This document shows positions 63,821-64,000 of a DNA stretch of 64,000 nt, one piece after another. Positions within the stretch are counted from its first letter, which is position 1. Every line of letters begins with the position of its first letter. The stretch comes from a virus. The notes under the pieces were generated by a model, which saw only the letters and a program-made list of their open reading frames with translations, was not told the origin of the DNA and did not search any database. The stretch is taken from IMG/VR virus record IMGVR_UViG_3300028837_001734, positions 26,161 to 90,160 of that record; one strand, 5' to 3'. Made by a program: the position numbers and the translations under genes.

Positions 63821-64000
63821 TTACTCCAAATTATCTTCCACCGTCAATACATCATTGACAACTACAACATCAGCCTCACTCAACACATTCGGACGATTCA
63901 CAGGGGGACGTCCACGACCATAACGAACAGTTACCAGCCCATGTTCCATATGAACAATCTTAGCAGTCTTCCCCACCATCTTCGGACAATCATTACAAAC
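63821..64000 (-). CDS. Partial hypothetical protein (5' end outside window)
   Basis: Open frame ...VCNDCPKMVGKTAKIVH...VRYGRGRPP...EDNLE*. Confidence 0.5.
   Translation of the reverse strand, partial: VCNDCPKMVGKTAKIVHMEHGLVTVRYGRGRPPVNRPNVLSEADVVVVNDVLTVEDNLE

Noticed and set aside
1-64000. Alternative genetic code (stop-codon reassignment)
   Set aside because: Core genes are full length under the standard code, TAA, TAG and TGA all terminate genes, and no suppressor tRNA was seen.

Overview
This 64-kb window is an AT-rich segment of a large tailed-phage (Caudoviricetes) genome read with the standard genetic code. The host is probably a planctomycete (inference). Most genes are on the minus strand. 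From 50.9 kb down to 20 kb lies a morphogenesis module: sigma-like factor, TerS candidate, glycosyltransferase, Gmd, ERCC4 nuclease, TerL, portal, FkbM methyltransferase, protease/scaffold, decoration protein, major capsid protein, modular beta-propeller/LamG proteins, neck proteins, tail tube and YWTD propellers. From 19.9 to 8.2 kb is a translation/RNA island: tmRNA, four tRNAs, several unexplained structured RNAs, an intein-containing RNA ligase, an AsnRS-like paralog and Hpt. Tail chaperone candidates and a tape measure gene then run off the left edge. A plus-strand block (51-58 kb) encodes a DNA methyltransferase, CYTH-NadR fusion, ClpP, MazG, Nudix, HNH nucleases and a permuted papain-like amidase. 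The right end encodes an ATP-grasp protein, an SMC-like ATPase and a collagen-like surface protein. The best leads are: (i) a candidate virion-glycosylation system (Ser-Gly-rich virion proteins plus glycan genes inside the head module); (ii) genes whose stop codons lie inside tRNAs, next to a phage tmRNA and ClpP; (iii) several novel-looking ncRNAs, including a 135-nt tRNA mimic and an anti-Shine-Dalgarno RNA; (iv) a 12-copy GTGTATAA promoter. An Illumina Nextera adapter at 10535-10610 and a probable deletion junction near 32208 show the assembly is locally imperfect. All calls come from motif recognition by eye; no searches were run.
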